64,000 bases of DNA from Dysosmobacter sp. Lineage in GTDB: Bacteria; Bacillota; Clostridia; Oscillospirales; Oscillospiraceae. Shown piece after piece: positions 9,566-19,663 of the stretch. The stretch is from positions 245-64,244 of the forward strand of contig JBFLFX010000001.1 of assembly GCA_041859815.1 (NCBI GenBank), in the 5' to 3' direction. Numbering within the stretch: position 1 is the first letter of the stretch; every line of letters begins with the position of its first letter. A program made the position numbers and the translations under genes. Under the pieces are notes generated by a model that did no database searches, was not told the DNA's origin, and was given only the letters and a program-made list of their open reading frames with translations.

Positions 9566-10015
9566 TCAGCGGAGCCGCACCGTCCAGTTCCCGCCGCAAA
9601 CCGCGTACTGAAATTCGGTAAGCGCGTCACTCTCCATCACCCGCAGCAGCTCCGGCAAATCGTCCACAGCGGGGATGTCTTTCAGGTCTTCCCGGTGCAC
9701 CCACTCCATCGCCCCTTCCTCAGAGGATTCCAGTTCGCCGGAAAATTCGTCCGCCCGGAAGAGCAGCACCACATAGCGGCCGCCCTCGATGGGAAACTGC
9801 TTCACGCCGCAGAGCACCGGATGCGCCACGCGCAGCCCGGTTTCCTCCTTCATCTCCCGCGTCACGGCGTCTACAAAGGATTCCCCCGGCTCCACATGGC
9901 CGCCGGGCAGCGCGTAGCCGTGCCAATCCGCTTTGAACCGGTTCTGCAGGAGAATTTCTTCTCCGCGGCGCAGCAGGCACAGCACCGTCAGCTCCACGCG
10001 CTCCGTCCTGCCCAT
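9566..10015 (-). CDS. NUDIX hydrolase (MutT-like)
   Basis: Nudix box GGHVEPGESFVDAVTREMKEETGL. Confidence 0.9.
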   Translation of the reverse strand: MGRTERVELTVLCLLRRGEEILLQNRFKADWHGYALPGGHVEPGESFVDAVTREMKEETGLRVAHPVLCGVKQFPIEGGRYVVLLFRADEFSGELESSEEGAMEWVHREDLKDIPAVDDLPELLRVMESDALTEFQYAVCGGNWTVRLR

Positions 10016-10554
10016 CAGTTCTCTCTCCCGTCAGGCGATTGGTTTGCCCATGCCGTCGCCCGGCATTCCAGATCCTTTACAAAGGCGTCCTTGCCGTCGC
10101 AGTATGCCCCAATATCCCACTCAAACTGGCGGGCAAGCCGGATTTTCAGTTTCCCGTACGCGGCGGCGTCCGCCGGGTGCGTACGGAGAAAATCCCGGAC
10201 AGCCAGATGGCGGCGGATTTCCCCCGCGCTGCCCTGTCCGAACACATGGACATGAACCGTCTCGCCGTCGCCCCAGCCCTTGCGGAAGTAGCGCCGCCCG
10301 GGAATGCCGTACTCCCCCATGGCCTCATAACCGGCCGCCGCAAACTGCGGATTTACCGCGTCCACCGCCGTAATGTCCCGCACCACCGGCAGAATGTCGA
10401 TAATCGGCTTTGCCGCAAGTCCCGGCACCGCCGTGCTGCCGATGTGATACACCGCCGCACAGTTCTCCCCCAGGATTTCCCGCACCACCGCCGCCTCTGC
10501 CGCGTACCGCGCCGCCCAGGCGGGGTCAAATTCCGTTACAACCACATGACGCAT
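10015..10554 (-). CDS. GrpB family protein
   Basis: Trimmed to MRHVVVTEFDPAWAARY...HIGSTAVPGLAAKPIIDILPVV, which is typical of GrpB/UPF0157. GGGGG precedes the ATG at 10554. The stop overlaps the NUDIX start by 1 nt. Confidence 0.85.
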   Translation of the reverse strand: MRHVVVTEFDPAWAARYAAEAAVVREILGENCAAVYHIGSTAVPGLAAKPIIDILPVVRDITAVDAVNPQFAAAGYEAMGEYGIPGRRYFRKGWGDGETVHVHVFGQGSAGEIRRHLAVRDFLRTHPADAAAYGKLKIRLARQFEWDIGAYCDGKDAFVKDLECRATAWANQSPDGREN

Positions 10555-11061
10555 TTTCTTTTCCCCCCGTATCATTTTCGCGCATTCCCGCACAGGATCT
10601 CTCCGCCGTCACCGTGCGCGGATCGACCGCTTAGACACGCTCCGCACTTCAGGGAAGGCGGCTTCCCGGACGCGCTGTTTCCTCTATCATACAGAGTCCG
10701 TCAAAAAAATCAACCCGTTCCGCATTTACGCCTTATCTGCTGTTTTTTAATAGGTATCCTCCCGTCAAAAGGCGCTCGGCGCGGTTTCAGGGGGACATTC
10801 CCCGCAGAACAGCCGGACGGCAGCGCGGTTTTGCCGTTCCCCCCTTGGGACCTGAAGTGCTCCGTTTTTCAGCAGAGGACAATTGTCTTTTCCTTTGTGA
10901 TATGCTAAGATTCAACATAAGCAACAGGTATGGTGCGTCCGGCGAACCGTGCCGGGACGATTTCGGAGCGGCAGCCTGCTTTTTCCCTTCCCGCCAGCTG
11001 TTCGACGCTTTTTTCGCTTCTGTCTCCGCGGAAACGCATTGTTGAAATTCGATGATAAATG

Positions 11062-11090
11062 TTGACAAATGTTAATCTCGATAGTATGAT
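11062..11090 (+). promoter_or_regulatory. sigma-A type promoter, TTGACA-17-TATGAT
   Basis: TTGACA at 11062-11067, an exact 17-nt spacer, then TATGAT at 11085-11090. It lies ~95 nt upstream of the aldolase ATG. Confidence 0.6.
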
Positions 11091-11184
11091 TTGAACAAAT
11101 GCCGAGCGAACACGGATTGAGCGGCCGATCCTCTCCGGAGCGATGGGTTCTGAGTCCGCGGGACTTTGCAAAGGGAGGAAGGAT

Positions 11185-11832
11185 ATGAACTATCGAGCGT
11201 TTCTTGTGGAATCCGGTAAAAAAATGCTGACGAAGGGCTTAACCGTGGAGACATGGGGCAACATCAGTGTGCGCGATCCGGAAACCGGCCTGATTTATCT
11301 GACACCGTCCGCAATGCCTTACAATGTGATTACGGAAGACGACGTCGTGGTAATGCGCCCCGACGGAAGTATCGAGGCCGGACATCGGAAGCCCACCGTG
11401 GAGGCGGGAATGCATCTGGGGATTCTCCGGGCAAGGCCGGAAATCAATGCGATCATCCACACGCATCCCATCTATTCTCAGGTTTTCGCGGTGCTCCGCC
11501 GGCCGATTCCACCCATTATCGACGAGGCGGCGCAGGCGCTGGGCGGCGAAGTCCGCACGGCGGAATATGCCCTGCCCGGCACGCCGGAGCTTGCGCAAAA
11601 CGCGCAGAAAGCGCTGGGTGAGCACGGATCCGCCTGCCTGCTGGCCAATCACGGCGCAGTCTGCGTCGGCAGGGACATGGAGCAGGCTTTCCGCGTCTGC
11701 ACGGTGTTGGAGATGACGGCGCAGATTTACTACATGGCGCTGTCCGTGGGCAAGCCCTCCGTGCTGTCCGACGATCTGGTGGCTTACATGCGGGATTTTG
11801 CGGAAAATCACTATGGGCAGGGCAAGGACTGA
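11185..11832 (+). CDS. class II aldolase/adducin family protein (FucA / Ald2-like)
   Basis: Trimmed to the ATG at 11185, after GGGAGGAAGG. Family pattern: NISVRD...YLTPSAMPY...PTVEAGMHLGILRARPEINAIIHTHP...ANHGAVCVG. Confidence 0.85.
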   Translation: MNYRAFLVESGKKMLTKGLTVETWGNISVRDPETGLIYLTPSAMPYNVITEDDVVVMRPDGSIEAGHRKPTVEAGMHLGILRARPEINAIIHTHPIYSQVFAVLRRPIPPIIDEAAQALGGEVRTAEYALPGTPELAQNAQKALGEHGSACLLANHGAVCVGRDMEQAFRVCTVLEMTAQIYYMALSVGKPSVLSDDLVAYMRDFAENHYGQGKD

Positions 11833-11850
11833 CGGAAGCGGTGAGGGAAG

Positions 11851-12657
11851 ATGAGAGCTCTGCCATATGCCAGAAAAAGGGAAATTTTAGAAATGCTGAA
11901 GCGCAGTGATTATATCGATGTGAATCAGCTCTCCCAAAAATTCAACGTCTCCTATATGACGATCCATCGGGACTTAAAGGAGCTTGAGGACGCAGGTGCC
12001 GTTTCCCGCGTATACGGCGGCGTAGTTCCCAGCGAATCCGCCCGGAATCTCCAGGAAACCGGCGTCACCGGCGATCTGACGGTGGAAGAGCGCTTCGGCG
12101 TTTGCCAGAGGGAAAAGCGCTCCATGGCGCTGGCCGCCGCGGAATACGTCCGGGACGGCGATATTATCTGCATGGACTCCAGCACCTCGGTGCTGCAGAT
12201 GTGCCCGCTGCTGCACGACCGCAAAATCACCGTGGTGACCAACGGCGTCAATGTCGCCCTGCAGTTTTCCGACTCCGAGGCCGTGGAAGTGATGGTGGTG
12301 GGCGGCCTGCTGCGAAAATCCTCTCTCTCCCTCAGCGGAGTCGGAAACGAAGATCTGCTGCGGCACGTCAACATCAGCAAGTGCTTTATCTCGGCCACCG
12401 CTCTTTCTTTTGAGAAGGGCGTTACGGAGCTGAGCCTGGAGGAGAGCGAGAGCAAGCAGAAAATGTTTTCCCGCAGCGAAAAGCTCTTCGTTCTGGCGGA
12501 TCACACCAAGTTGGGCAACGCCGCGCCCTATGTGGACTGCACCTGTGATCGGCTCTACGCCGTCGTGACCGATCCGCACGATTGTCCCGGCGCGCAGGAA
12601 GAAAAATGCCTGGGGAATCTCCGTGAAAACGGGGTGCGCGTCCTTTTTGGAAAATAA
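11851..12657 (+). CDS. DeoR/GlpR family transcriptional regulator
   Basis: N-terminal HTH (REILEMLKRSDYIDVNQLSQKFNVSYMTIHRDLKELE) plus a DeoR C-terminal sugar-phosphate-binding domain. Confidence 0.9.
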   Translation: MRALPYARKREILEMLKRSDYIDVNQLSQKFNVSYMTIHRDLKELEDAGAVSRVYGGVVPSESARNLQETGVTGDLTVEERFGVCQREKRSMALAAAEYVRDGDIICMDSSTSVLQMCPLLHDRKITVVTNGVNVALQFSDSEAVEVMVVGGLLRKSSLSLSGVGNEDLLRHVNISKCFISATALSFEKGVTELSLEESESKQKMFSRSEKLFVLADHTKLGNAAPYVDCTCDRLYAVVTDPHDCPGAQEEKCLGNLRENGVRVLFGK

Positions 12658-12789
12658 GCGGGAAGCGGGTTCAGCCTTTCGCCGACGGATTCTGTCCGCC
12701 GACGGCACGGCAGCCGCAAAGCACGCGCGGAGATCGTTTTTTTTGCGATTTTCCGTGTGGAACGCAACGTGAAAGGAATGGTTCTTATA

Positions 12790-13857
12790 ATGAGCGAAAT
12801 CAAGGAAGTTACCCATGTTGACAACGTCCGTCTCAGCGACGACCAAAAGCATGTCGTGATCATCGATCAGACGCAGCTTCCCAACCGGATGATCTATTTG
12901 ACACTGGACGATGAGAAGAGCTGCTACGAGGCAATTTTAAAATTGCAGGTGCGGGGCGCTCCGGCCATCGGCATCTTTGCCGGCTACGCCATGTACGTGC
13001 TGAGCCGGCAGTATGCGGACAGACCGTACGCGGAGTTTGCCGCCGAGTTCCACCGGCAGAAGGAATACCTCAATTCCTCCCGCCCCACCGCCGTGAACCT
13101 GAGTTGGGCGCTGAACCGCGTGGAAAAGGTCGTCACGGGCAATGCCTCCCTTCCCGTCCGCGAAATTGTGGATCTGCTGAGGGAAGAAGCTGCCCGGATT
13201 CAGCGGGAAGACATCGCCATGTGCACTAAAATCTCCGAATACGGCCTGAGTCTGCTCCATGAGGGCGACGGCGTGCTGACCCACTGCAACGCGGGCCCGC
13301 TGGCCACCTCCCGCTACGGAACCGCCATCGGCCCCATGCTGCTGGGCCGGGAGCGCGGCATGAATTTCCACGTTTTTTCCGATGAGACCCGTCCCCTGCT
13401 GCAGGGAGCACGGCTGACCTCCTTTGAATTGCAGAAGGCCGGTGTGGACGTCACGCTGATCTGTGACAACATGGCCAGCATCGTCATGAAAAACGGCTGG
13501 GTGCAGGCCTGTTTCGTCGGCTGCGACCGCGTTGCCGCCAACGGCGACTTTGCCAATAAAATCGGCACCTCCGGCGTGGCGATTCTGGCCAAGTACTACG
13601 GCATCCCCTTCTACACCCTGGGTCCCACCTCCACCGTGGACATGAGCTGCCCCGACGGCGGCCATATTAAAATTGAGCTGCGCGACCCCAACGAGATCAA
13701 GGAGAAGTTCTATGCCGAACCCATGGCGCTGAAAGAAGTCAAGTGCTACAACCCCGCGTTTGACGTAACCGATCACAATCTGGTCACCGGCATCATCACG
13801 GAAAAGGGCATCTGCTACCCGCCGTTCTCCGACAGCCTGAAAAAGTTGTTTGAATAA
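12790..13857 (+). CDS. mtnA: S-methyl-5-thioribose-1-phosphate isomerase family (MtnA / 5-deoxyribose-1-P isomerase-like)
   Basis: Motifs [23 protein letters not shown] and [15 protein letters not shown] place it in the eIF-2B alpha/beta/delta-related family. The start is ambiguous (12778 or 12790). Confidence 0.85.
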   Translation: MSEIKEVTHVDNVRLSDDQKHVVIIDQTQLPNRMIYLTLDDEKSCYEAILKLQVRGAPAIGIFAGYAMYVLSRQYADRPYAEFAAEFHRQKEYLNSSRPTAVNLSWALNRVEKVVTGNASLPVREIVDLLREEAARIQREDIAMCTKISEYGLSLLHEGDGVLTHCNAGPLATSRYGTAIGPMLLGRERGMNFHVFSDETRPLLQGARLTSFELQKAGVDVTLICDNMASIVMKNGWVQACFVGCDRVAANGDFANKIGTSGVAILAKYYGIPFYTLGPTSTVDMSCPDGGHIKIELRDPNEIKEKFYAEPMALKEVKCYNPAFDVTDHNLVTGIITEKGICYPPFSDSLKKLFE

Positions 13858-13929
13858 TTCCGGATTACGGTCGAAAGACTGTAAATAAAAATTTTTGAGG
13901 AACATTGGATCGTGAAAGGAGCAAAATTC

Positions 13930-15075
13930 ATGAAAAAGAAGCTCAAGGTAATCCTGTCCGTTTTGTCCCTGGTCGCCATTATGGTGTCCCTTGTGGGCTG
14001 CGGCAATTCCGGCAAGTCTGCTTCCGCCGCCAAGTCTGCTTCCGGCAAAACCAAGCTGAAAATCTGCATCATTACTTCCTCCGGCGTGGATGACGGCTCT
14101 TTCAACCAGAATTGCTATGAGGGCATTCAGGATTTTCTGAAAAGCCACTCCGACTGTAAGGTCACCGACATCAAGGAATCCGATTACAACCAGTTGATCC
14201 CCACTGTGCAGAAAGTGGTCGGCGACTACGACGTATTCGTGCTGCCCGGCTACAACTTTGCCGGCATCGGCGACATCGCCAAAGCCAATCCCACGAAAAA
14301 GTTCATCGTGGTGGACTCCACCATCACCGACTCCAAGGGCAAGAAAGTCACTCTGGACAATGTTTACACCATGACCTTTGCCGAGCAGGAGGGCGGCTTC
14401 TTCGCGGGTGTCGCCGCCGCGCTGACCACCAAGGCCAACAAGGTCGCCGTCGTCAACGGCATGGCCTTCCCCTCCAACATCAACTATGAGTATGGCTTCA
14501 TGTCCGGCGTGAACTATGCAAACGCCAAATACGGCACCAAAGCCAAGTGTGTGGAGCTGCCCTCTTACGCGGGCACCGATCTCAAGGGCAAGAAAGTCGG
14601 CGGTAACTATATCGGCGACTTTACCGATGAAAACACCGGCAAGGTGGTCGGTTCCGCGCTGATCAATAAGGGCTGCGATATCCTGTTTGTGGCGGCCGGC
14701 GCCGCGGGCAACGGCGTGTTTACCGCCGCGAAGGAAGCCAAGGACGTGTATGTCATCGGCTGTGACGTCGATCAGTTTAAGGACGGTAAAAACGGCTCTT
14801 CCAACATCATTTTGACCTCCGCGCTGAAGGTCATGGATGTCAACGTACAAAAACAGCTGACCGCCATCTATAACGGCACCTTCAAGGGCGGCGACGCAAT
14901 GCTGAACGCAGGCACCGATTCCACCGGCTATGTTTCCGAAAAAGGCCATCAGCAGCTGTCCGACGACGCTCTGGCCAAGCTGGCCGATTGCTACAAGCTG
15001 GCCAAGGCGGGCACCATTAAGCCGGCTTCCAGCACCAACGGCTATACACCCACCAATTTCCCGGGTTTAAAATAA
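13930..15075 (+). CDS. BMP family ABC transporter substrate-binding lipoprotein (nucleoside-type)
   Basis: Trimmed to MKKKLKVILSVLSLVAIMVSLVGCGNS, which has a lipobox LVGC. AAAGGAG lies 8 nt upstream. The body is typical of Bmp/PnrA-like proteins. Confidence 0.85.
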   Translation: MKKKLKVILSVLSLVAIMVSLVGCGNSGKSASAAKSASGKTKLKICIITSSGVDDGSFNQNCYEGIQDFLKSHSDCKVTDIKESDYNQLIPTVQKVVGDYDVFVLPGYNFAGIGDIAKANPTKKFIVVDSTITDSKGKKVTLDNVYTMTFAEQEGGFFAGVAAALTTKANKVAVVNGMAFPSNINYEYGFMSGVNYANAKYGTKAKCVELPSYAGTDLKGKKVGGNYIGDFTDENTGKVVGSALINKGCDILFVAAGAAGNGVFTAAKEAKDVYVIGCDVDQFKDGKNGSSNIILTSALKVMDVNVQKQLTAIYNGTFKGGDAMLNAGTDSTGYVSEKGHQQLSDDALAKLADCYKLAKAGTIKPASSTNGYTPTNFPGLK

Positions 15076-15091
15076 GTAAGGAGAATTTCAA

Positions 15092-15823
15092 ATGGCAAAA
15101 GAATCTATTTCCGCAAGTATTTCCCTGGACGAGGGCAACGAGATCGCCAAGGTTGTCCTGATGCCCGGCGATCCCCTGCGCGCCAAGTTCGTTGCGGAGC
15201 ACTATCTGGAAAATCCGGTGTGCTTTAACACGGTTCGCAACATGCTGGGTTACACTGGAACCTACAAGGGCAAAAAAATTTCCGTCATGGGCAGCGGCAT
15301 GGGCATTCCGTCCATGGGCCTCTATGCCACGGAACTTTACACGCAGTTTGACGTGGACGCCATTATCCGCATCGGTTCCGCCGGCGGGCTGTGCGATCGG
15401 GTCAAGCTGCGGGACGTGGTCATCGCCATGGGTGCGTCCACCAATTCCGCTTACGGCGAGGGGTACGATTTTCCCGGCCTGCTGGCTCCCGTCGCGGACT
15501 ACGGAATGCTTGCCGACGCTGTGAAGGCGGCAGAGGAACTGAAGGTTCACGCCGTGGTCGGCTCCGTTTATTCTTCCGATCATTTTTACTATCCCCGCCC
15601 CAACATCAATCAGCAGCTGCGTGACATGGGACAGCTGGCGGTGGAAATGGAAACCGCGGGCCTTTACTGGACGGCTATCGGCTGCCATAAGAAGGCGCTG
15701 AGCCTGCTGACGATTTCCGATCACCTCTTTACCGGCGAGGCAATGACCGCCCTGGAGCGGCAGGAATCGTTCCACGATATGATGGAAGTAGCACTGGAAA
15801 CCGCCTGGCATACTGTAGACTGA
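15092..15823 (+). CDS. deoD: purine nucleoside phosphorylase, DeoD type
   Basis: MPGDPLRAKFVAEHYLE, GYTGTYKGKKISVMGSGMGIPS and VEMETAGLY are hallmarks of hexameric PNP. Confidence 0.9.
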   Translation: MAKESISASISLDEGNEIAKVVLMPGDPLRAKFVAEHYLENPVCFNTVRNMLGYTGTYKGKKISVMGSGMGIPSMGLYATELYTQFDVDAIIRIGSAGGLCDRVKLRDVVIAMGASTNSAYGEGYDFPGLLAPVADYGMLADAVKAAEELKVHAVVGSVYSSDHFYYPRPNINQQLRDMGQLAVEMETAGLYWTAIGCHKKALSLLTISDHLFTGEAMTALERQESFHDMMEVALETAWHTVD

Positions 15824-15832
15824 TGTCTTTCA

Positions 15833-15870
15833 GTGCTGCCCCTCCCGCGTGTTCGCGGGAGGGACAGCAC
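15833..15870 (+). terminator. imperfect GC-rich hairpin between deoD and the ABC ATPase (attenuator or weak terminator)
   Basis: gtgctgcccctcccgcg-tgtt-cgcgggagggacagcac. The T-tract that follows is poor. Confidence 0.4.
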
Positions 15871-15956
15871 TGCGTACTTTCCGGGCTGTGCCCGGCCGCT
15901 CCGCAAAGGTCAGCGGAGTATCAAAATCCCGCTCTGGAAAAGCGAGGGGAGTTAAC

Positions 15957-17489
15957 ATGGAAGATTACGTTGTGGAAATGCGCCACATTACGAAGCGTTT
16001 TCCGGGCATTGTTGCCAATGACGACGTCAGCATTCAGGTCAGGCGCGGCGAAGTCTACGCGCTGCTGGGCGAAAACGGCGCAGGCAAATCCACGCTGATG
16101 AGCATGCTCTTCGGCATGTATCAGCCTGACGGAGGAGAAATTCTGATCGGGGGAAAGCCCGTTCACTTCCGTTCCTCCAACGACGCCGCCGCCCACAGCA
16201 TCGGCATGGTTCATCAGCATTTCAAGCTGGTAGGCAACTACACAGTGGCGGAAAATATCGTGCTGGGCGTGGAGCCTATGAAAAAGGCGCTGGGGCTTTT
16301 CCCCTGCGTGGATTTGAAAACGGCCAACCGCCAGATTGCGGAATTGTCCAGAAACTACGGTCTGGAAGTCAATCCCACGGACAGGATTGAGGACATTCCC
16401 GTCTCCGTCCGGCAGCGCGTGGAAATTCTGAAGATGCTCTACCGCAAGGCGGAGATCCTGATCTTCGACGAGCCCACCGCCGTCCTGACGCCGCAGGAGA
16501 TTGAATTCCTGCTGAAAATTATCGACGGCCTGCGCCAAAGCGGCAAAACTATCATCCTGATTACCCATAAAATCGAAGAAATTAAGAAAATTGCGGATCG
16601 CTGCGCCATTCTGTACCGCGGGCGTCTGGTGGATGTGCTGGACGTAAAGTCCTCTTCCCCGCAGGAAATGGCCAACCTGATGGTGGGCCGCGAAGTGGAC
16701 TTTAATTCCCATAAGTCTCCCGCGAACTTCCGGAAAACCATCTTGGAAGTGGAGCATCTGACCGTACGCAACGCCAACAAATTTGAGGTGGTCAAGGACG
16801 TGTCCTTTGGCATCCGGGGCGGCGAGATCTTTGCCATCGCGGGCGTCTCCGGCAACGGCCAGGTGGAGGTCGCCGACGCCATCGCCGGGATGATGAAAGT
16901 TTCCGGCGGCACCGTGAAATTCTGCGGCCGGGATATTACAAATCTTCCCATCCGACAGCGGACGGAGGCCGGCATCTCCTATATTCCGGAAGATCGGCAG
17001 GGCACGGGCGTGTTTCTGGATTTCAATCTGGGGGACAATTTGGCCCTGCGGAAATACTACAAGGCACCGTTTGCCCACAGGGGGATTCTCCGCTTCAGTC
17101 AGTTTGCATCCTACGCCAACGATCTGATTGACCGCTACGACATCCGCTGCGGCCAGGGGCGGAAAACCTCCCTGCGCTCCATGAGCGGCGGCAATCAGCA
17201 GAAGGCGATTATCGCGCGCGAAATTGAAGAACACGCAAAGCTCATCATCTTCGTGCAGCCCACCCGCGGGCTGGACATCGGCGCCATTGAGAACATTCAC
17301 CGTCAGATTCTGGCGGAGCGCGACCGCGGCGTCGCCATTCTACTGGTCTCCCTGGAGCTGGATGAAATTATGGAGCTGGCGGATACCATCGGCGTCATTT
17401 ACAATGGCCAGCTCCTGAAAACCGCGCCGGCCAGCACCCTGACTTCCCACGATGTCGGCCGGTACATGATGGGGGTGAAGGAAGCATGA
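15957..17489 (+). CDS. ABC transporter ATP-binding protein with two ATPase domains (nucleoside/sugar type)
   Basis: Trimmed to MEDYVVEMRHITKRFPG. The first Walker A is GENGAGKST, and a second nucleotide-binding domain has MSGGNQQK. Confidence 0.9.
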   Translation: MEDYVVEMRHITKRFPGIVANDDVSIQVRRGEVYALLGENGAGKSTLMSMLFGMYQPDGGEILIGGKPVHFRSSNDAAAHSIGMVHQHFKLVGNYTVAENIVLGVEPMKKALGLFPCVDLKTANRQIAELSRNYGLEVNPTDRIEDIPVSVRQRVEILKMLYRKAEILIFDEPTAVLTPQEIEFLLKIIDGLRQSGKTIILITHKIEEIKKIADRCAILYRGRLVDVLDVKSSSPQEMANLMVGREVDFNSHKSPANFRKTILEVEHLTVRNANKFEVVKDVSFGIRGGEIFAIAGVSGNGQVEVADAIAGMMKVSGGTVKFCGRDITNLPIRQRTEAGISYIPEDRQGTGVFLDFNLGDNLALRKYYKAPFAHRGILRFSQFASYANDLIDRYDIRCGQGRKTSLRSMSGGNQQKAIIAREIEEHAKLIIFVQPTRGLDIGAIENIHRQILAERDRGVAILLVSLELDEIMELADTIGVIYNGQLLKTAPASTLTSHDVGRYMMGVKEA

Positions 17490-18697
17490 AAGGGAAAAAC
17501 AGTCCTCACCGCTTTGCGGCTCTGCTGGACAGCGAAAAATGGTCCGGCATCAGCATCCCCATCCTCAGCGTTATCCTGTCCCTGATCACCGCCAGCATCA
17601 TGCTGCTGATTATGGGAAAGAACCCGCTGATTGCCTTTCTCAGCTTCCTGCAGGGCTCCGGCTTTGTCCCCAAGGCAAGCTATGGCGGCGGCAGCGGCAT
17701 CCTGACTGATTTTTTTCAGTTTCTCAGCATCATGGCCCCCATGCTGCTGGCCTCTCTGGGCTTTATCATGGCATTCCGCTCCGGTCTTTTCAACATCGGC
17801 ATTTCCGGTCAAATGCTGGCCTCCGGCTTCCTGGCCACGGCGCTCGTCGGATACGGCCATATGAGCTCCTGGCTGGCAAAGCCGCTGGTCTTGCTCATTG
17901 GAATTGTGGCAGGCGGCCTGCTGGGCGCATTCGTCGGTTTTCTGAAGTACCGTTTTAACGTGCATGAGGTGGTTTCCACCATTATGCTGAACTACATCAT
18001 CAGCTATCTCACCGGCTTTTTCATCGACGACCGCTTTGTCGATCCGCTGACCCGTTCCATGCGAATCTGCTCCGAGCAAGCCCGCCTGACATGGGACAAC
18101 GTGACCATCGGCGGCGTCTACTGCAGCATCCCGCTGGGCATTTTTGTGGCGCTGGCCGTGGCGTTCGCGGTGAAATTCATTTTTGATAAAACCGTGTTCG
18201 GCTTTGAGCTGCGGGCAGTTGGATCCAATCCCATCTGCGCAAAATACACCGGCATTCAAGTGGGCCGCCGCATCGTCGTGGCGCTGATGCTCTCCGGTAT
18301 GCTGGCAGGTCTTGCGGGCGTTACCTATTATTGCGGTTACTTCAACACCATCGTCCCCAAGACGCTGCCCTCCCTGGGCTATGACGCCATCGCGGTGGCG
18401 CTGCTGGGCAATTCCAGCCCCATCGGCTGCATCTTCTCCTCCGTCCTGATTACGATTTTCCAAAACGGCAGCGACTACATGAGCTCTACCCTCGGCGTCG
18501 CCAAGGAGATTGCCTCGCTGATCACCGGAATCCTGCTGCTGTTCTCCGCCTGCGGCGGATATTTCCGATATCTGGCTCACCGAAAGCTGGAAGCCGCAGA
18601 GGACGCAGAGCTGGCACGGAAAACCGCCGCAGAGGCCGCAAAGGAGTCCGCTGAGGCGCCTGCCGCCGAAAACGGCGGCGGAGAGGAGGGGAAATAG
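17486..18697 (+). CDS. ABC transporter permease (BMP system)
   Basis: 403-aa polytopic protein. Its start overlaps the ATPase stop (ATGA). Confidence 0.85.
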   Translation: MKGKNSPHRFAALLDSEKWSGISIPILSVILSLITASIMLLIMGKNPLIAFLSFLQGSGFVPKASYGGGSGILTDFFQFLSIMAPMLLASLGFIMAFRSGLFNIGISGQMLASGFLATALVGYGHMSSWLAKPLVLLIGIVAGGLLGAFVGFLKYRFNVHEVVSTIMLNYIISYLTGFFIDDRFVDPLTRSMRICSEQARLTWDNVTIGGVYCSIPLGIFVALAVAFAVKFIFDKTVFGFELRAVGSNPICAKYTGIQVGRRIVVALMLSGMLAGLAGVTYYCGYFNTIVPKTLPSLGYDAIAVALLGNSSPIGCIFSSVLITIFQNGSDYMSSTLGVAKEIASLITGILLLFSACGGYFRYLAHRKLEAAEDAELARKTAAEAAKESAEAPAAENGGGEEGK

Positions 18698-18699
18698 CC

Positions 18700-19659
18700 A
18701 TGCAAAAAGTATTCATCGACGGCCTCTCTTTTGCCATGCCGCTGTTCATCATGGCCATCGGCGGTATCTACTCTGAAAAGAGCGGCGTCACCAACCTAGC
18801 CGTGGAGGGCTTTCAGGGTTTCGGCGCTTTTGTCGGCGCGCTGGTTGCCGTGATGCTGATGCCCAGTATGGGCAGCGGCTCTCAGGCGGTCATTTATCTC
18901 GCCATGCTGGCGGCGTTCGTCGGCGGCGGCATCTACGCCTGCATCCACGCCCTTTTGTGCGTAAAATTCCGCGCCAATCAGGTCATCAGCGGCGTCGTAG
19001 TCAACATTCTGGCGGTGGCGCTGACGTCTTTTCTGACCAGCGCAGTGAACAAATCCCTGACCGGGCAGGCCTCCAACAAATTCATTTTGGGTGTCTGCGA
19101 CCGTTTCGACATTCCCGGTCTGAGCAAAATCCCCTTCATCGGCGCGCTGTTTCGCAGCATGTACTCCTTTGAGCTCGTCATTCTGGTCATCGCCTTTCTG
19201 GCATGGTACCTCATGTATAAAACCAAGTTCGGCATGCGGATGCGCGCCTGCGGCGAAAACCCGCAGGCGGTGGACGCGGCGGGCGGCAATGTGAACCGTA
19301 CGCGGTTTATCTCCGTGATGCTCTCCGGCGCGCTGAGCGGCGTCGGCGGCATCTGCTATGCCTACTCCATCTCCGCCAACTTCTCCCCCAGTATCTACAT
19401 GGGCTACGGCTACCTGGCCATTGCGGCCATGATTTTCGGCAACTGGAATATTCTTCCCACTGCGGCGGTCTGCCTGTTTTTCGGGTTCGCCAAATCCGGC
19501 GGCTATCAGCTCTGCCTGCACATGGGGCTCTCCAGCAACTATTCCGATCTGTTCCTGATGCTGCCCTATATCCTCACCCTGCTTCTGCTGGTGTTTTTCT
19601 CCAAGAAAAATCACCCGCCCAAGGCGGCAGGCGAAGCGTACGACGCCGGAAAGCGGTGA
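18700..19659 (+). CDS. ABC transporter permease (BMP system)
   Basis: 319-aa polytopic protein, 2 nt after the previous permease. Confidence 0.85.
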   Translation: MQKVFIDGLSFAMPLFIMAIGGIYSEKSGVTNLAVEGFQGFGAFVGALVAVMLMPSMGSGSQAVIYLAMLAAFVGGGIYACIHALLCVKFRANQVISGVVVNILAVALTSFLTSAVNKSLTGQASNKFILGVCDRFDIPGLSKIPFIGALFRSMYSFELVILVIAFLAWYLMYKTKFGMRMRACGENPQAVDAAGGNVNRTRFISVMLSGALSGVGGICYAYSISANFSPSIYMGYGYLAIAAMIFGNWNILPTAAVCLFFGFAKSGGYQLCLHMGLSSNYSDLFLMLPYILTLLLLVFFSKKNHPPKAAGEAYDAGKR

Positions 19660-19663
19660 GCGG

